Assembly (NCBI GenBank): GCA_034521595.1
Contig: JAXHMG010000003.1
Span: forward strand, 448,001-512,000
DNA length: 64,000 nt
DNA from: Gemmatimonadota bacterium
GTDB lineage: Bacteria; Gemmatimonadota; Gemmatimonadetes; Longimicrobiales; Gaopeijiaceae
Direction: 5' to 3'
Part shown: piece by piece, positions 36,967 to 45,745 of the stretch
How positions within the stretch are numbered: the stretch's first letter is position 1
Layout of the letters: each line of letters starts with the position of its first letter
The notes under the pieces: model-generated
Told to the model about the DNA's origin: nothing
Seen by the model: only the letters and a program-made list of their open reading frames with translations
Database searches by the model: none
Position numbers and translations under genes: made by a program

Positions 36967-38043
36967 TTACCCGAACAGCTCCATCTGGGCCGGGCCGGAC
37001 TCCGCGGGTCGACGGAACGCCGCGGCGGAGAGCGGCGGCGCGTTCTCCAAGGCCAACCGCCGGCGCTGGACCCGGAAGACCGAGCGTAAATGTTCGGCCC
37101 ACGGTCCTTCCCCACGCCCTCGGACACCGAACCGTGCGTCGTAGAGAGCTCCGCCCCTGAGCTCTCGGATCCGATTCAGCACCTTTTCCGCCCGCTCGGG
37201 CGCGTGCTGCCTCAACCATCCCTCGAACATCTCCTTTACGCCGTGTGGCAGCCGGAGCAGGATCATCCCGGCGAACGAAGCACCAGCGTCGGCCGCGGCC
37301 TGGAGGATGGCCGGGATCTCGTGGTCGGTGAGTCCCGGAATGACCGGTGCGACGTTCACGCCCACGGGTATGCCCGCGTCGGCCAGCACTTGGATGGCAC
37401 CGAGGCGCCGGGCCGGGGTCGAAGCACGGGGCTCCAGCTTGCCCTGCAGCTTGCGGTTCAGGGTCGTGACCGAGATGAAGACGGCGGCTGCATCGTGTCG
37501 TGCCAGGTCGGCCAGGAGGTCGACGTCCCGGCTCACGAGGTAGCTCTTCGTGGTTATGCCCACCGGATTCCGAAACTCGGATAGGATCTCGAGGCAGCGG
37601 CGCGTGACCCTCAGGCGGCGCTCCACCGGCTGATACGCGTCGGTATTTCCGCTGAGAGCGATCGTGCGCGGCGTCCACTTGGGTGATGCGAGGGCGTCTC
37701 GCAACAGATCCGGAGCTTCCGGCTTCACGAGGATGCGGGTTTCGAAATCCAGTCCCGCGGAGAAGCCCAGGTACTCGTGCGTGGGCCGGGCGTAGCAGTA
37801 GGCGCAGGCGTGCTCACACCCTCGGTACGGATTGATCCCGACATCGAAACCCACGTCGGGCGAGTCGTTGAACGACAGGATGGAACGACTCGCGTCCCTG
37901 AGGAGGACGGTGTCGGGAGGCGGGTCGTCTGTATCCGTCCACCGCTCACGCTCGACGTGGAGGCGGTCGTAACGGTTCGGTGGATTCCAGGCGACGCCCC
38001 GACCACGGAGCGTGGGCAGCGGAAGGTTTAGTGGCGAGTCCAT
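36967..38043 (-). CDS. PA0069/SplB-like radical SAM protein
   Basis: NPYRGCEHACAYCYARP (CxxxCxxC), TDAYQPVE, APVIPGL. Confidence 0.9.
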   Translation of the reverse strand: MDSPLNLPLPTLRGRGVAWNPPNRYDRLHVERERWTDTDDPPPDTVLLRDASRSILSFNDSPDVGFDVGINPYRGCEHACAYCYARPTHEYLGFSAGLDFETRILVKPEAPDLLRDALASPKWTPRTIALSGNTDAYQPVERRLRVTRRCLEILSEFRNPVGITTKSYLVSRDVDLLADLARHDAAAVFISVTTLNRKLQGKLEPRASTPARRLGAIQVLADAGIPVGVNVAPVIPGLTDHEIPAILQAAADAGASFAGMILLRLPHGVKEMFEGWLRQHAPERAEKVLNRIRELRGGALYDARFGVRGRGEGPWAEHLRSVFRVQRRRLALENAPPLSAAAFRRPAESGPAQMELFG

Positions 38044-38250
38044 GGAAGACAATGATACCGAATAAAGACCGAATATCAAGCGGTGGGACGCGACACGCGG
38101 ATGCACGAACGCCCCGGCGGGCTCAAGCGCTCGCCGAGGCGTTCGTGGAGTTGGGCTTCCCCCTGATCGCGGCCCCTGGAGAAAGGGCGCCGCGAACGGG
38201 TTGACGACCGTCGGAGCGCGCTCCGACGGTCGTGTTCGCGCGTCCGTGCG

Positions 38251-38682
38251 TCAGGCGGTCTCGATGTCGTAGCAGATGCGCCAGTCGGACATGTTCTCGG
38301 GGTCGTCCGTCCCCTCGTCGGTCGGCTCGTGTCTCCCGATCCAACTCTCCGGGTCTCCGGTGAACTCCCGTCGGTAGTTGTCGAGCGGGTCGTTCTTGGA
38401 GAATTGGTCCAACTCCGTACCGAACATTTCCACGACCATGTTCTCGCCGACCTCACCCTCGAAGAGAACCTTGTCGATCTTGTCGACCTTGTTTCGCCGC
38501 GGATGATCGGATATTGACCAGTACCCTTCCTTCGGGAACTGTGTCTCGTGGCTCTGACCGGCCGTCGTCACTACCGAGCGAAAGCGGAACTCGCCCTCGT
38601 CGTCCCACATGGCTTCCTTGTTGTCCTTGATTTGAACCCATCTAAGGACGATGCGAATCCGGTTGCCACCTTTTTCGGACAT
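38251..38682 (-). CDS. Small acidic beta-rich hypothetical protein (143 aa)
   Basis: AGGAG RBS before ATG 38682; protein-like composition only from MSEKGG onward. Confidence 0.7.
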   Translation of the reverse strand: MSEKGGNRIRIVLRWVQIKDNKEAMWDDEGEFRFRSVVTTAGQSHETQFPKEGYWSISDHPRRNKVDKIDKVLFEGEVGENMVVEMFGTELDQFSKNDPLDNYRREFTGDPESWIGRHEPTDEGTDDPENMSDWRICYDIETA

Positions 38683-38813
38683 TCTAACTCCTGGCTTTCG
38701 TTCGGTCGGACCAGCGACGCGGACAAATAGGGCCGCAGGCGGGGTCCGGTCAAGGGTATGGCGACCATCGCTCCGTCGTCGCGCTGCAAACGAAGGATGG
38801 TAACGGGCCGGCC

Positions 38814-41159
38814 TCAGAAGGAGAAGGAGACCCCTACGAGGGGCAGCAGCGGTCGTTCCGCCAGCGGAGTCACCGCTTCGTCCCGCCACGGCTCGAAGGT
38901 ATAGAACATCGCGTCCCGCTGATCGAGCGCGTTCAAGATCCGGACGTACGGTCGGATGTGCCAAGATCGGCCGCCCCAGGTCGTTTCGAGCGAAGCGTGT
39001 AGCTCCAGGTCCAATCGGAGGAATTCTTCGTCGAGTCCACGCACCACGGGGTCGACGGGGGCCGTTCGGCTCGCGGTAGCGACGGGTTCCGCGGAGGCGA
39101 ACCCGGGGGCGGAGTCCTGGCGCGTCGGAACCGGGATGCTGGTGTACGGAAGGCCGGCTCCGTAGGAGATCCGGGCTTCCCCGGCGATCGGTCCGGCGAG
39201 GCGACCGGAAAGGCCGGCGGTCAGCAGGTGTCGCCCGGAGAAATCGGCGGTTCGTCCCGCCAGGTCGGTGCCCGACCAAAACCAGGAGAGCCCGTAGCCG
39301 AGCCACCCGGATGCGTGCTCTCCCGCGCTGAGAATGCGAACGTCCACGCCGGAGCTCCGCACGGTCTCCCGTTCCGGGCGATGCAACCCTTCGAAGCGCT
39401 TGAAGAACCCTTCGAGCCCGAGCTTCGCCGAGTTCCCGATGCGCTGATCGAGTGAGAGGACGACGTGGTCGGCCGTGGCGACCGGAAGCACCTCGTCCGC
39501 TTCGATGCCGTCGTCCGTCATCTCGACCAACGTGTGCTCGACGGCGGGATCCACGGTGCGTGTCGGCTGGTGGTAGCGTCCCGCCGCGACCGTGACGAGC
39601 GCGTCGGGCCCGATCTCCCAAAAGAACGAGGCTCGTGGGGCCGCGCGGAATCCGACATCGGGAAAGTAGTCGGCCCGGAGGCCGGCACGCAGAGTGACCC
39701 CTGCCGCGAGCCGACGCGTTCCTTCGAAGAAGGCCCCGGTGCTCTCGGCGTGACCTCGATTCTCACTGGTGTGGTGACCGGGCGAAGTGACCGCCTGAAA
39801 GGCTGCGGCGATCCGCTCGTGGGAGGTGCCGACGCGCATCTCCGCGTCCGGGGCGCCCCACGTCAGCTCTCCCACGGCCCGGAGCCGCTCGGTTCCTCCG
39901 GATGCGACGAAGGAGGTGGGTGACGGCTCCTCGGGCGTCGGGGTCCCTCGGAGCGGAAGCTCGGCCTCGTATCCGCTCGCGCCCAGGGACAGGTCGAGGC
40001 GCGCGCCCCCCAGATCCGCTCCGTACGACAGGGTGGCCGCGCGGTTCGACCAACGGGCATCGTCGGAGACGCGGGCATGGTCGAGAAGAACCTCCTCGGA
40101 GTTGAGAAAGCCCGTGACTCCGAGCTCGTGTCCGGGCGCGACTTCTCCGTCGACCGCGACGAGCAGGTCTCGGTATCCGTACGGTCGTGCTCCGCCCAGC
40201 GCCCGCCTTCCCAGGTCGTGGAGGCTACGCCCGGAAGCCAGGATCCCGGCATGGTCACCCAGGGGGGATTCGACCGCCGCGGAGGTCGTGAGGAGATCCA
40301 CGGTTCCGGAAGCGCGCAGGCGGTCCCTGCGGGCCGTCCGGGTCCGGAGGTCGAGGATGTGCGTGAGGCCGCCGTCGTAGCGGGCGGGGGCGCCACCTAC
40401 GTGTAACTCGGCCGTGCCCAGGACCGCGGGCTCGAAGCTGCGCATGAGACCCGCGACGTGGAATGGCGTATACACCGGGACCCCATCCAGGAGGACGAGC
40501 TTGAGGTCCGTGGTCGAGCCTCTCATGAAGAGGATGTCGCTCGCGTCGGCCGGGTCGTTTCCGGGCAGCGAGCGGACGGCGTCGAGCAGGCCCTGACGTC
40601 CCACCCCCGGCGCCAAGTCGAGGGCCTGCATGTCGAGCTCGGCCAGACCGGTCGAGGGTGTGCGTGGAGTGGCGCGCGAGGGATCCGGCACTTCGGGACG
40701 GTTCCGGGAACTCCGGACGTCCACTGCGTCGAGGGCGATCGGCTTGGCGGACAGCTCCAAGTCGACATCCACGGTGCCGCCCGCCGGAACCGTGACCAGG
40801 AGTTCGACGGGGGCGTGGCCCGGGTGGAAGGCCCGGAGCACGACCGGTCCCGCGGGGAGGCGCTCGAGGCGGTAGTGTCCATCCCTGTCGGCAGGGGTCG
40901 TGCGGGTGACTCCGTCCGCCGACGCCTGTACGGTGGCGAAGCCGAGAACCCTCGTGCCTCCCTGGAATCGACCTTCGACCTGGCCTCGGATCACGCCACT
41001 GGGTGAATCTTCGGGAACCTGCCCGAACGACGATCCCGGGGACGTACCGACGAGCGCTGCGGTGCCGAGCAGCACGGCTGAGGCACGGACGCACCTCAGC
41101 GCGCCGCCCCGCGGAAGGGTTCCCGCACCCTTACGGCGTCGTGAACAAGATCCGAGCAT
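38814..41159 (-). CDS. TonB-dependent receptor with N-terminal carboxypeptidase-regulatory-like domain
   Basis: Plug motifs SLPG, MRGS, LDGVPVY, GGAPARY; beta-barrel ending in F; start uncertain. Confidence 0.85.
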   Translation of the reverse strand: MLGSCSRRRKGAGTLPRGGALRCVRASAVLLGTAALVGTSPGSSFGQVPEDSPSGVIRGQVEGRFQGGTRVLGFATVQASADGVTRTTPADRDGHYRLERLPAGPVVLRAFHPGHAPVELLVTVPAGGTVDVDLELSAKPIALDAVDVRSSRNRPEVPDPSRATPRTPSTGLAELDMQALDLAPGVGRQGLLDAVRSLPGNDPADASDILFMRGSTTDLKLVLLDGVPVYTPFHVAGLMRSFEPAVLGTAELHVGGAPARYDGGLTHILDLRTRTARRDRLRASGTVDLLTTSAAVESPLGDHAGILASGRSLHDLGRRALGGARPYGYRDLLVAVDGEVAPGHELGVTGFLNSEEVLLDHARVSDDARWSNRAATLSYGADLGGARLDLSLGASGYEAELPLRGTPTPEEPSPTSFVASGGTERLRAVGELTWGAPDAEMRVGTSHERIAAAFQAVTSPGHHTSENRGHAESTGAFFEGTRRLAAGVTLRAGLRADYFPDVGFRAAPRASFFWEIGPDALVTVAAGRYHQPTRTVDPAVEHTLVEMTDDGIEADEVLPVATADHVVLSLDQRIGNSAKLGLEGFFKRFEGLHRPERETVRSSGVDVRILSAGEHASGWLGYGLSWFWSGTDLAGRTADFSGRHLLTAGLSGRLAGPIAGEARISYGAGLPYTSIPVPTRQDSAPGFASAEPVATASRTAPVDPVVRGLDEEFLRLDLELHASLETTWGGRSWHIRPYVRILNALDQRDAMFYTFEPWRDEAVTPLAERPLLPLVGVSFSF

Positions 41160-41898
41160 CGGTCCGCTCTCCAATCGGCCCCGTGACGTCCGTTTGACCT
41201 TCGCTCCGTGTCAGGTATGGCTCTCCATCGACTTCGACCGTGACGGGGACTTCCGAGTCGGGTAGCTCGATGCGCACCGGACCTCCCGCGACGAGCGCCT
41301 CGAGTCGCCCGTCTCCGTAAGTGAACCGGCTGCCTTCGGGCGCGTCGATCCGGGCCGTGGCCTCGTCGATCCAGACGACCTCGAGGGAGCCCAACGAGCC
41401 GAGGCTGCCCACGAGGACACGAATGCCTTCTTGGGGGACCGCCACGGAAACCCCCGACCGAGGCACTTCCTGAGCGGTCTCCGCGGTCGCGCCCGGTGTG
41501 GCCCGATCATCGGACCCCGCGCTGGTCAACCAGCTGTGAAGCGGTAAGCCGGGCAGGGCCGATACCGCTCCGACGGCGACGAGGAGCACGGCCGCGGCCC
41601 TCCCGAGGTGCCCCGGCCACCGGAACCGGCGTCGCGACCGCAGGTCGTCCTCGATGCGCGCGTCCAGGCGCTCTCGGACGCGGGCGCGTGCCTCGTTCAG
41701 CTGCTCCGAATGCCGGGTCCCGCCGACACCGGGCTCGTCGAGGGTTCCCAGAAGTCGATCGATGTGCTCGGCACGCCATTCCGCTTCACGCAGCGCCGAC
41801 TCGCACGCACTGCACTCTTCGAGGTGGTCGCGGGAGACGTCCGGCACGGCCTCTCCGTCACGGAGCGCCAGGATCGTGCTTTCGTCCATATGGTTCAT
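41131..41898 (-). CDS. Zinc-binding anti-sigma factor, single TM
   Basis: H...HLEECSAC (HxxxCxxC ZAS motif), TM AAAVLLVAVGAVSALPG; ATGA overlap with the sigma gene. Confidence 0.8.
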   Translation of the reverse strand: MNHMDESTILALRDGEAVPDVSRDHLEECSACESALREAEWRAEHIDRLLGTLDEPGVGGTRHSEQLNEARARVRERLDARIEDDLRSRRRFRWPGHLGRAAAVLLVAVGAVSALPGLPLHSWLTSAGSDDRATPGATAETAQEVPRSGVSVAVPQEGIRVLVGSLGSLGSLEVVWIDEATARIDAPEGSRFTYGDGRLEALVAGGPVRIELPDSEVPVTVEVDGEPYLTRSEGQTDVTGPIGERTDARILFTTP

Positions 41899-42386
41899 AC
41901 GACTTCTCCCGCCGAGACGGCCTCGGCGAATCGTTGCTCTGCTCGTGACAGGAGGGTGCCCACCGATGTGGAGGCGACGTCGATCGCCGCGGCGATCTCC
42001 TTGTAGCTGAATCCGGAATAGCGCATCAGGAGGATCTCTTTGTCGCGCGGGGAAAGAGCGTCGAGCGCCTCACGGACGATGGCCCTCGTCTCGTCGCGCT
42101 CGAGCGTCCGGTCGGGCGTCTCGAGCGCGACGGGTCGCACGGGGTGCCGCTCCAGGAGTCGTTGTCGGTTCGTATCCACACGGTACCGGTCTCGCACGAG
42201 GTGAGTGGCCGTCTTGTAGAGCCAAGCTCGAACGCCCGACTCGCTCCCGGAGATCCTTCGGTCGAAGAGCCGGACCATGGCCTCTTGGGCGATATCCTCC
42301 GCCGTGTCGCCGTCCCCCGTAAGGCGCTGCACGTAACGCACCAAGCCCGGGTAGTGCTCGTCGAACACCGCGTCGAAGTCGACCAT
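41895..42386 (-). CDS. ECF sigma factor
   Basis: AEDIAQE, WLY..A region 2; GFSYKEIA...SVGTLLSRA region 4. Confidence 0.92.
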   Translation of the reverse strand: MVDFDAVFDEHYPGLVRYVQRLTGDGDTAEDIAQEAMVRLFDRRISGSESGVRAWLYKTATHLVRDRYRVDTNRQRLLERHPVRPVALETPDRTLERDETRAIVREALDALSPRDKEILLMRYSGFSYKEIAAAIDVASTSVGTLLSRAEQRFAEAVSAGEVV

Positions 42387-42479
42387 GAGTCGGTTGGAGT
42401 CGCTCAATGTGGCCCTCCGGGCCACGGAATGGATGGTACCCGGCCCTGCGCCCCGGGTGTTCCCGCTTCCTGGTCCATG

Positions 42480-42505
42480 AACGACCGAGGCGCGTCGTCT
42501 GTGAC
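42480..42505 (-). promoter_or_regulatory. Candidate ECF-type autoregulatory promoter
   Basis: Minus strand GTCACA-N16-CGTT upstream of the sigma gene. Confidence 0.45.
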
Positions 42506-42511
42506 GGGGGG

Positions 42512-43702
42512 TCAGTCCGTGGCGAGATTCGGGGACTCGACGGAGGGCCGCTTTTCGAGAACCCGGTCGGCGAAGAGGGCCCGATCGAAGAACCGGAGGA
42601 GCGGTGCGGAGATCGACCCGACGCCCGCTGCCGCCAGCGCCGCCCCGAGCCCGTCGGGCAGCGCCACCGGTCCGAAGAGGCCGCTGGCGAGGAGAACCTC
42701 GAGCACCGTCGCGGCCAGTAGGAGGGTCATGCTCAGCAGGGCACCACCCGCGATGCGTCGGGTGAGCCGCAACGCATCCACTCTCTCCGGAGCGAGCTGG
42801 GTGCCCGCGAGCCCGAGAACGAACCCGAGGGCGCCGAGGTCGAGGAGGAGGGGGCGCCACGCCCGGGCCGGCTCCGGCCAAGAGGTGACCGAGAGGAGGA
42901 TGTTGCCCGCGATGACGAGCATCACGGTGGTGACGAGCGCGGACACGGCCGCGACGAGCCACCACATCTTGTGACGGTCGGTCGGGCTGGACCGGATCCA
43001 GGAGTCACGGAGGTTCAGCACGACCGTCGTGGCCGCGGCGACACGTAGCAGGTCCATGAAGGGACTGAGGCCGGCGTCCGAGACGGGTGCGCCTCGACCG
43101 ATGCTCGTACCGACGAGAACGATCGGAAACACGACGGCGACGCCCCAAACCAGCTCGGCTCTCAGAAGTCCGGTGCGGAGCGGACGCAGCGAGGACGCCA
43201 ACAGCGAGCCCTCCGCGCTCGACGCGAGGCTCCGCTCGTCCAGGGCCCTTGGAAAGAGGGTCGTGAAGCGCACCAGCCCGGCCAGGCCGAGGGTCTCGAC
43301 GAGGAGGAAATGCCCTTCGAAGGCGAGCCGGGCCGTGCCGGGAGCCGGCCGGAAGAGGAGCACCGTCCCGGGGTAGGCGAGGATGTAGCTCCACGCGGCG
43401 ATCGCGAGGGCGAGGCCACGTCGCTCGGGTCGATCCACCTGATTCCGGAAGACGATCAGAAGCGCCACCGCCGCCGAGCTCACGGACAAGAGGCCGTTGG
43501 CGGCTACTACGGTGATCAAGTTCGGCGTGGCTCGCGGGCCCCACAGCTCACCCGGAGTGAGTACGCGCCACGTCAGCGCATCCATGTACGTCCACTGTCC
43601 CGCTACCGCGACGGCGGCGAGCAGGAGCACGAGCACGCGGACGACGACCGTGCTCGAAGGGATGGACGAACCTCGTTGGAAAGGCACGGTGCCAAGGTGC
43701 AT
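42512..43702 (-). CDS. Multi-pass membrane hypothetical protein
   Basis: Roughly 9-10 hydrophobic segments; start uncertain. Confidence 0.6.
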   Translation of the reverse strand: MHLGTVPFQRGSSIPSSTVVVRVLVLLLAAVAVAGQWTYMDALTWRVLTPGELWGPRATPNLITVVAANGLLSVSSAAVALLIVFRNQVDRPERRGLALAIAAWSYILAYPGTVLLFRPAPGTARLAFEGHFLLVETLGLAGLVRFTTLFPRALDERSLASSAEGSLLASSLRPLRTGLLRAELVWGVAVVFPIVLVGTSIGRGAPVSDAGLSPFMDLLRVAAATTVVLNLRDSWIRSSPTDRHKMWWLVAAVSALVTTVMLVIAGNILLSVTSWPEPARAWRPLLLDLGALGFVLGLAGTQLAPERVDALRLTRRIAGGALLSMTLLLAATVLEVLLASGLFGPVALPDGLGAALAAAGVGSISAPLLRFFDRALFADRVLEKRPSVESPNLATD

Positions 43703-43861
43703 CAGGGTCCGTGGTCGCCACAAGCACGAAAAACGGTGGGCTCCGCCGGAACCGGGGGCTGTCCGGGCCGGCCCCGCTCCCCGCGACCGGGTCCTGTGAG
43801 TTGCGTGGTGCCGCTCCAGGGTGACATTTCAAGGTACCGAAGCCTATAGCCGGAGTGATAC

Positions 43862-45631
43862 ATGATCAGGTTCGTTCGTTCGTCGTGCGTGGTGTCGTTC
43901 CTTCTCCTCGCGGTCTTGGCCTTACCCGTCGAGCAAGCCTCCGCGCAGGCGGGTTCGCTCGTGGGCCCGGACGGGGAGGTCGATTGGAATCGTTTCTACA
44001 CGGCGTCCGAAACGAACCAGATTCTGGCCGAGTTCCACCGGCTCTACCCGGAGCTGACCGAGCTCTACTCGATTGGTGAGAGCATCTACGGGCAGCCCCT
44101 CATGGTCATCGAGATCACCAACGAGGCGACGGGGCCGGCTTCGGAGAAGCCTGCGCTCTACGTGGACGGAGGAATCCACGCCCAGGAGCTCACCGGGTCG
44201 TCGGTGGCCACGCATGCCATCGGATACCTCCTGAACGGGTACGGAGAGGACGCCCGGATCACGCGGCTTCTGGATGAGCGGGCCTTCTATGTGCGCCCGA
44301 AGTTCAATCCGGACGGCTCGGACCTCGTGCTCATCGAAGACCAGTTCATGCGCAGCACGCCGCGACCCGTGGACGAGGACGAGGATGGCGTCGCGGACGA
44401 GGATCCGCCCCAGGATCTCAACGGGGACGGGTGGATCACGCATATCCGGTACCCCGACCCCGAGGGGGACTGGGTCGTCGATCCCGACGACGACCGAATC
44501 CTGATCGAGGACGAGGACGGTGAGCTCCCGGGTGACCGGTATACCCGGATCCGCGAAGGGATCGACAACGACGGTGACGGCCTGATCAACGAGGACGGCA
44601 TCGGTGGCATCGACATGAATCGCAACTTCCCGCGGAACTGGGAGCGGTGGCATCTGCAGCCCGGGTCCGGGGATTATCCGCTCTCCGAGCCCGAGACGCG
44701 AGCGGCCGTCGAGTTCATCAACGCCCACCGAAACATCACGGGCGTTTATCACGGGCATACGTCCGGCGGCTTCGTTTATCGGCTCCCGTCGGCCGTGTCG
44801 CCGCCCGACTTCCCGGAAGTGGATCTGGGTCTGATCGTGGACCTCGGAGAAGAGTACACGAGGTCCACCGGACGACCGGTGGTCCCCAGCTCGACGCACC
44901 CCACCGAGCACCGTTACGGGACGTTGATCTCCTGGGCCTACTGGGACCAGGGCGTGATCGGCTGGGTGCCGGAGTTCTCACCGGGGCCCGAGGCATGGGT
45001 GACCGACTACGACGGCGACGGTGAGATCAGTGAAGCCGAGCAGCACCGCTTCAACGACGAAGGGCTCGACGGGCGCTATTTCGTGGATTGGGAGTCTTAC
45101 GACCACCCGGATCTCGGCCCGGTCGAGATCGGAGGGTGGCTGACGAAGTTCTGGGGCCAGAATCCTCCGCCGGAGTTCCTGGAGGACGAAACATCCCAGC
45201 AGATGCACTGGATCCTGTATCTGGCCGAACAGTCTCCGATGCTCGAGCTGAGCACGCCGACCGTCACCGCCCGGGGTGACGGTACCTACCTCGTCGAGGC
45301 GACCCTCACCAACGAAGGGTACCTCCCCACGAGCATCACCGACCGCGGGGTGGTCGGACGCGAGCGAGAGGACGGCACGCTCGAGCGTCAGGTCGTGCGG
45401 CCGCCGAGCCTCTCGCTCGAGTTCCGTGGACTGGAACTCGTCGAAGGACGGCCCCGGATCGCCATCGAGCATCTGGCCGGAACCAACACCCTGCTCGAGG
45501 AGCTGGACGAGCGCAGCCGATCGGTGAGCTGGGTCGTGCGACCGACCACCGAGGGCCCGGGCGCGCTTCGCGTCGTGGCGGAAGCCGACAAGGGTGGCGT
45601 GGTTCGGAGTGAGTGGATCGAGGCTCCCTGA
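43862..45631 (+). CDS. Secreted M14 zinc carboxypeptidase
   Basis: Signal peptide; HAQE, NPDG, DMNRNF, SEPETRA, YHGH; acidic DxDGDG insert. Confidence 0.88.
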   Translation: MIRFVRSSCVVSFLLLAVLALPVEQASAQAGSLVGPDGEVDWNRFYTASETNQILAEFHRLYPELTELYSIGESIYGQPLMVIEITNEATGPASEKPALYVDGGIHAQELTGSSVATHAIGYLLNGYGEDARITRLLDERAFYVRPKFNPDGSDLVLIEDQFMRSTPRPVDEDEDGVADEDPPQDLNGDGWITHIRYPDPEGDWVVDPDDDRILIEDEDGELPGDRYTRIREGIDNDGDGLINEDGIGGIDMNRNFPRNWERWHLQPGSGDYPLSEPETRAAVEFINAHRNITGVYHGHTSGGFVYRLPSAVSPPDFPEVDLGLIVDLGEEYTRSTGRPVVPSSTHPTEHRYGTLISWAYWDQGVIGWVPEFSPGPEAWVTDYDGDGEISEAEQHRFNDEGLDGRYFVDWESYDHPDLGPVEIGGWLTKFWGQNPPPEFLEDETSQQMHWILYLAEQSPMLELSTPTVTARGDGTYLVEATLTNEGYLPTSITDRGVVGREREDGTLERQVVRPPSLSLEFRGLELVEGRPRIAIEHLAGTNTLLEELDERSRSVSWVVRPTTEGPGALRVVAEADKGGVVRSEWIEAP

Positions 45632-45745
45632 GGCGGGGGGCGGCTCGTGGGGCTCGCCGCCGCCGCGCGCCGACTTTAGACTTGGGGCGGTCGGGGCTCC
45701 GAGCCGAGGTCGGAGTCGAGATCGTCCTACTTCACCGGGCGTGGA

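Noticed and set aside
38683-39621. Long N-terminal extension of the ORF ending at 38251
   Set aside because: Arg-rich alternate frame overlapping the TBDR; the real start with RBS is at 38682.
43862-45631. M14 carboxypeptidase as the missing LysK
   Set aside because: Has a signal peptide, is a different family from M20 LysK, and is not linked to the operon.
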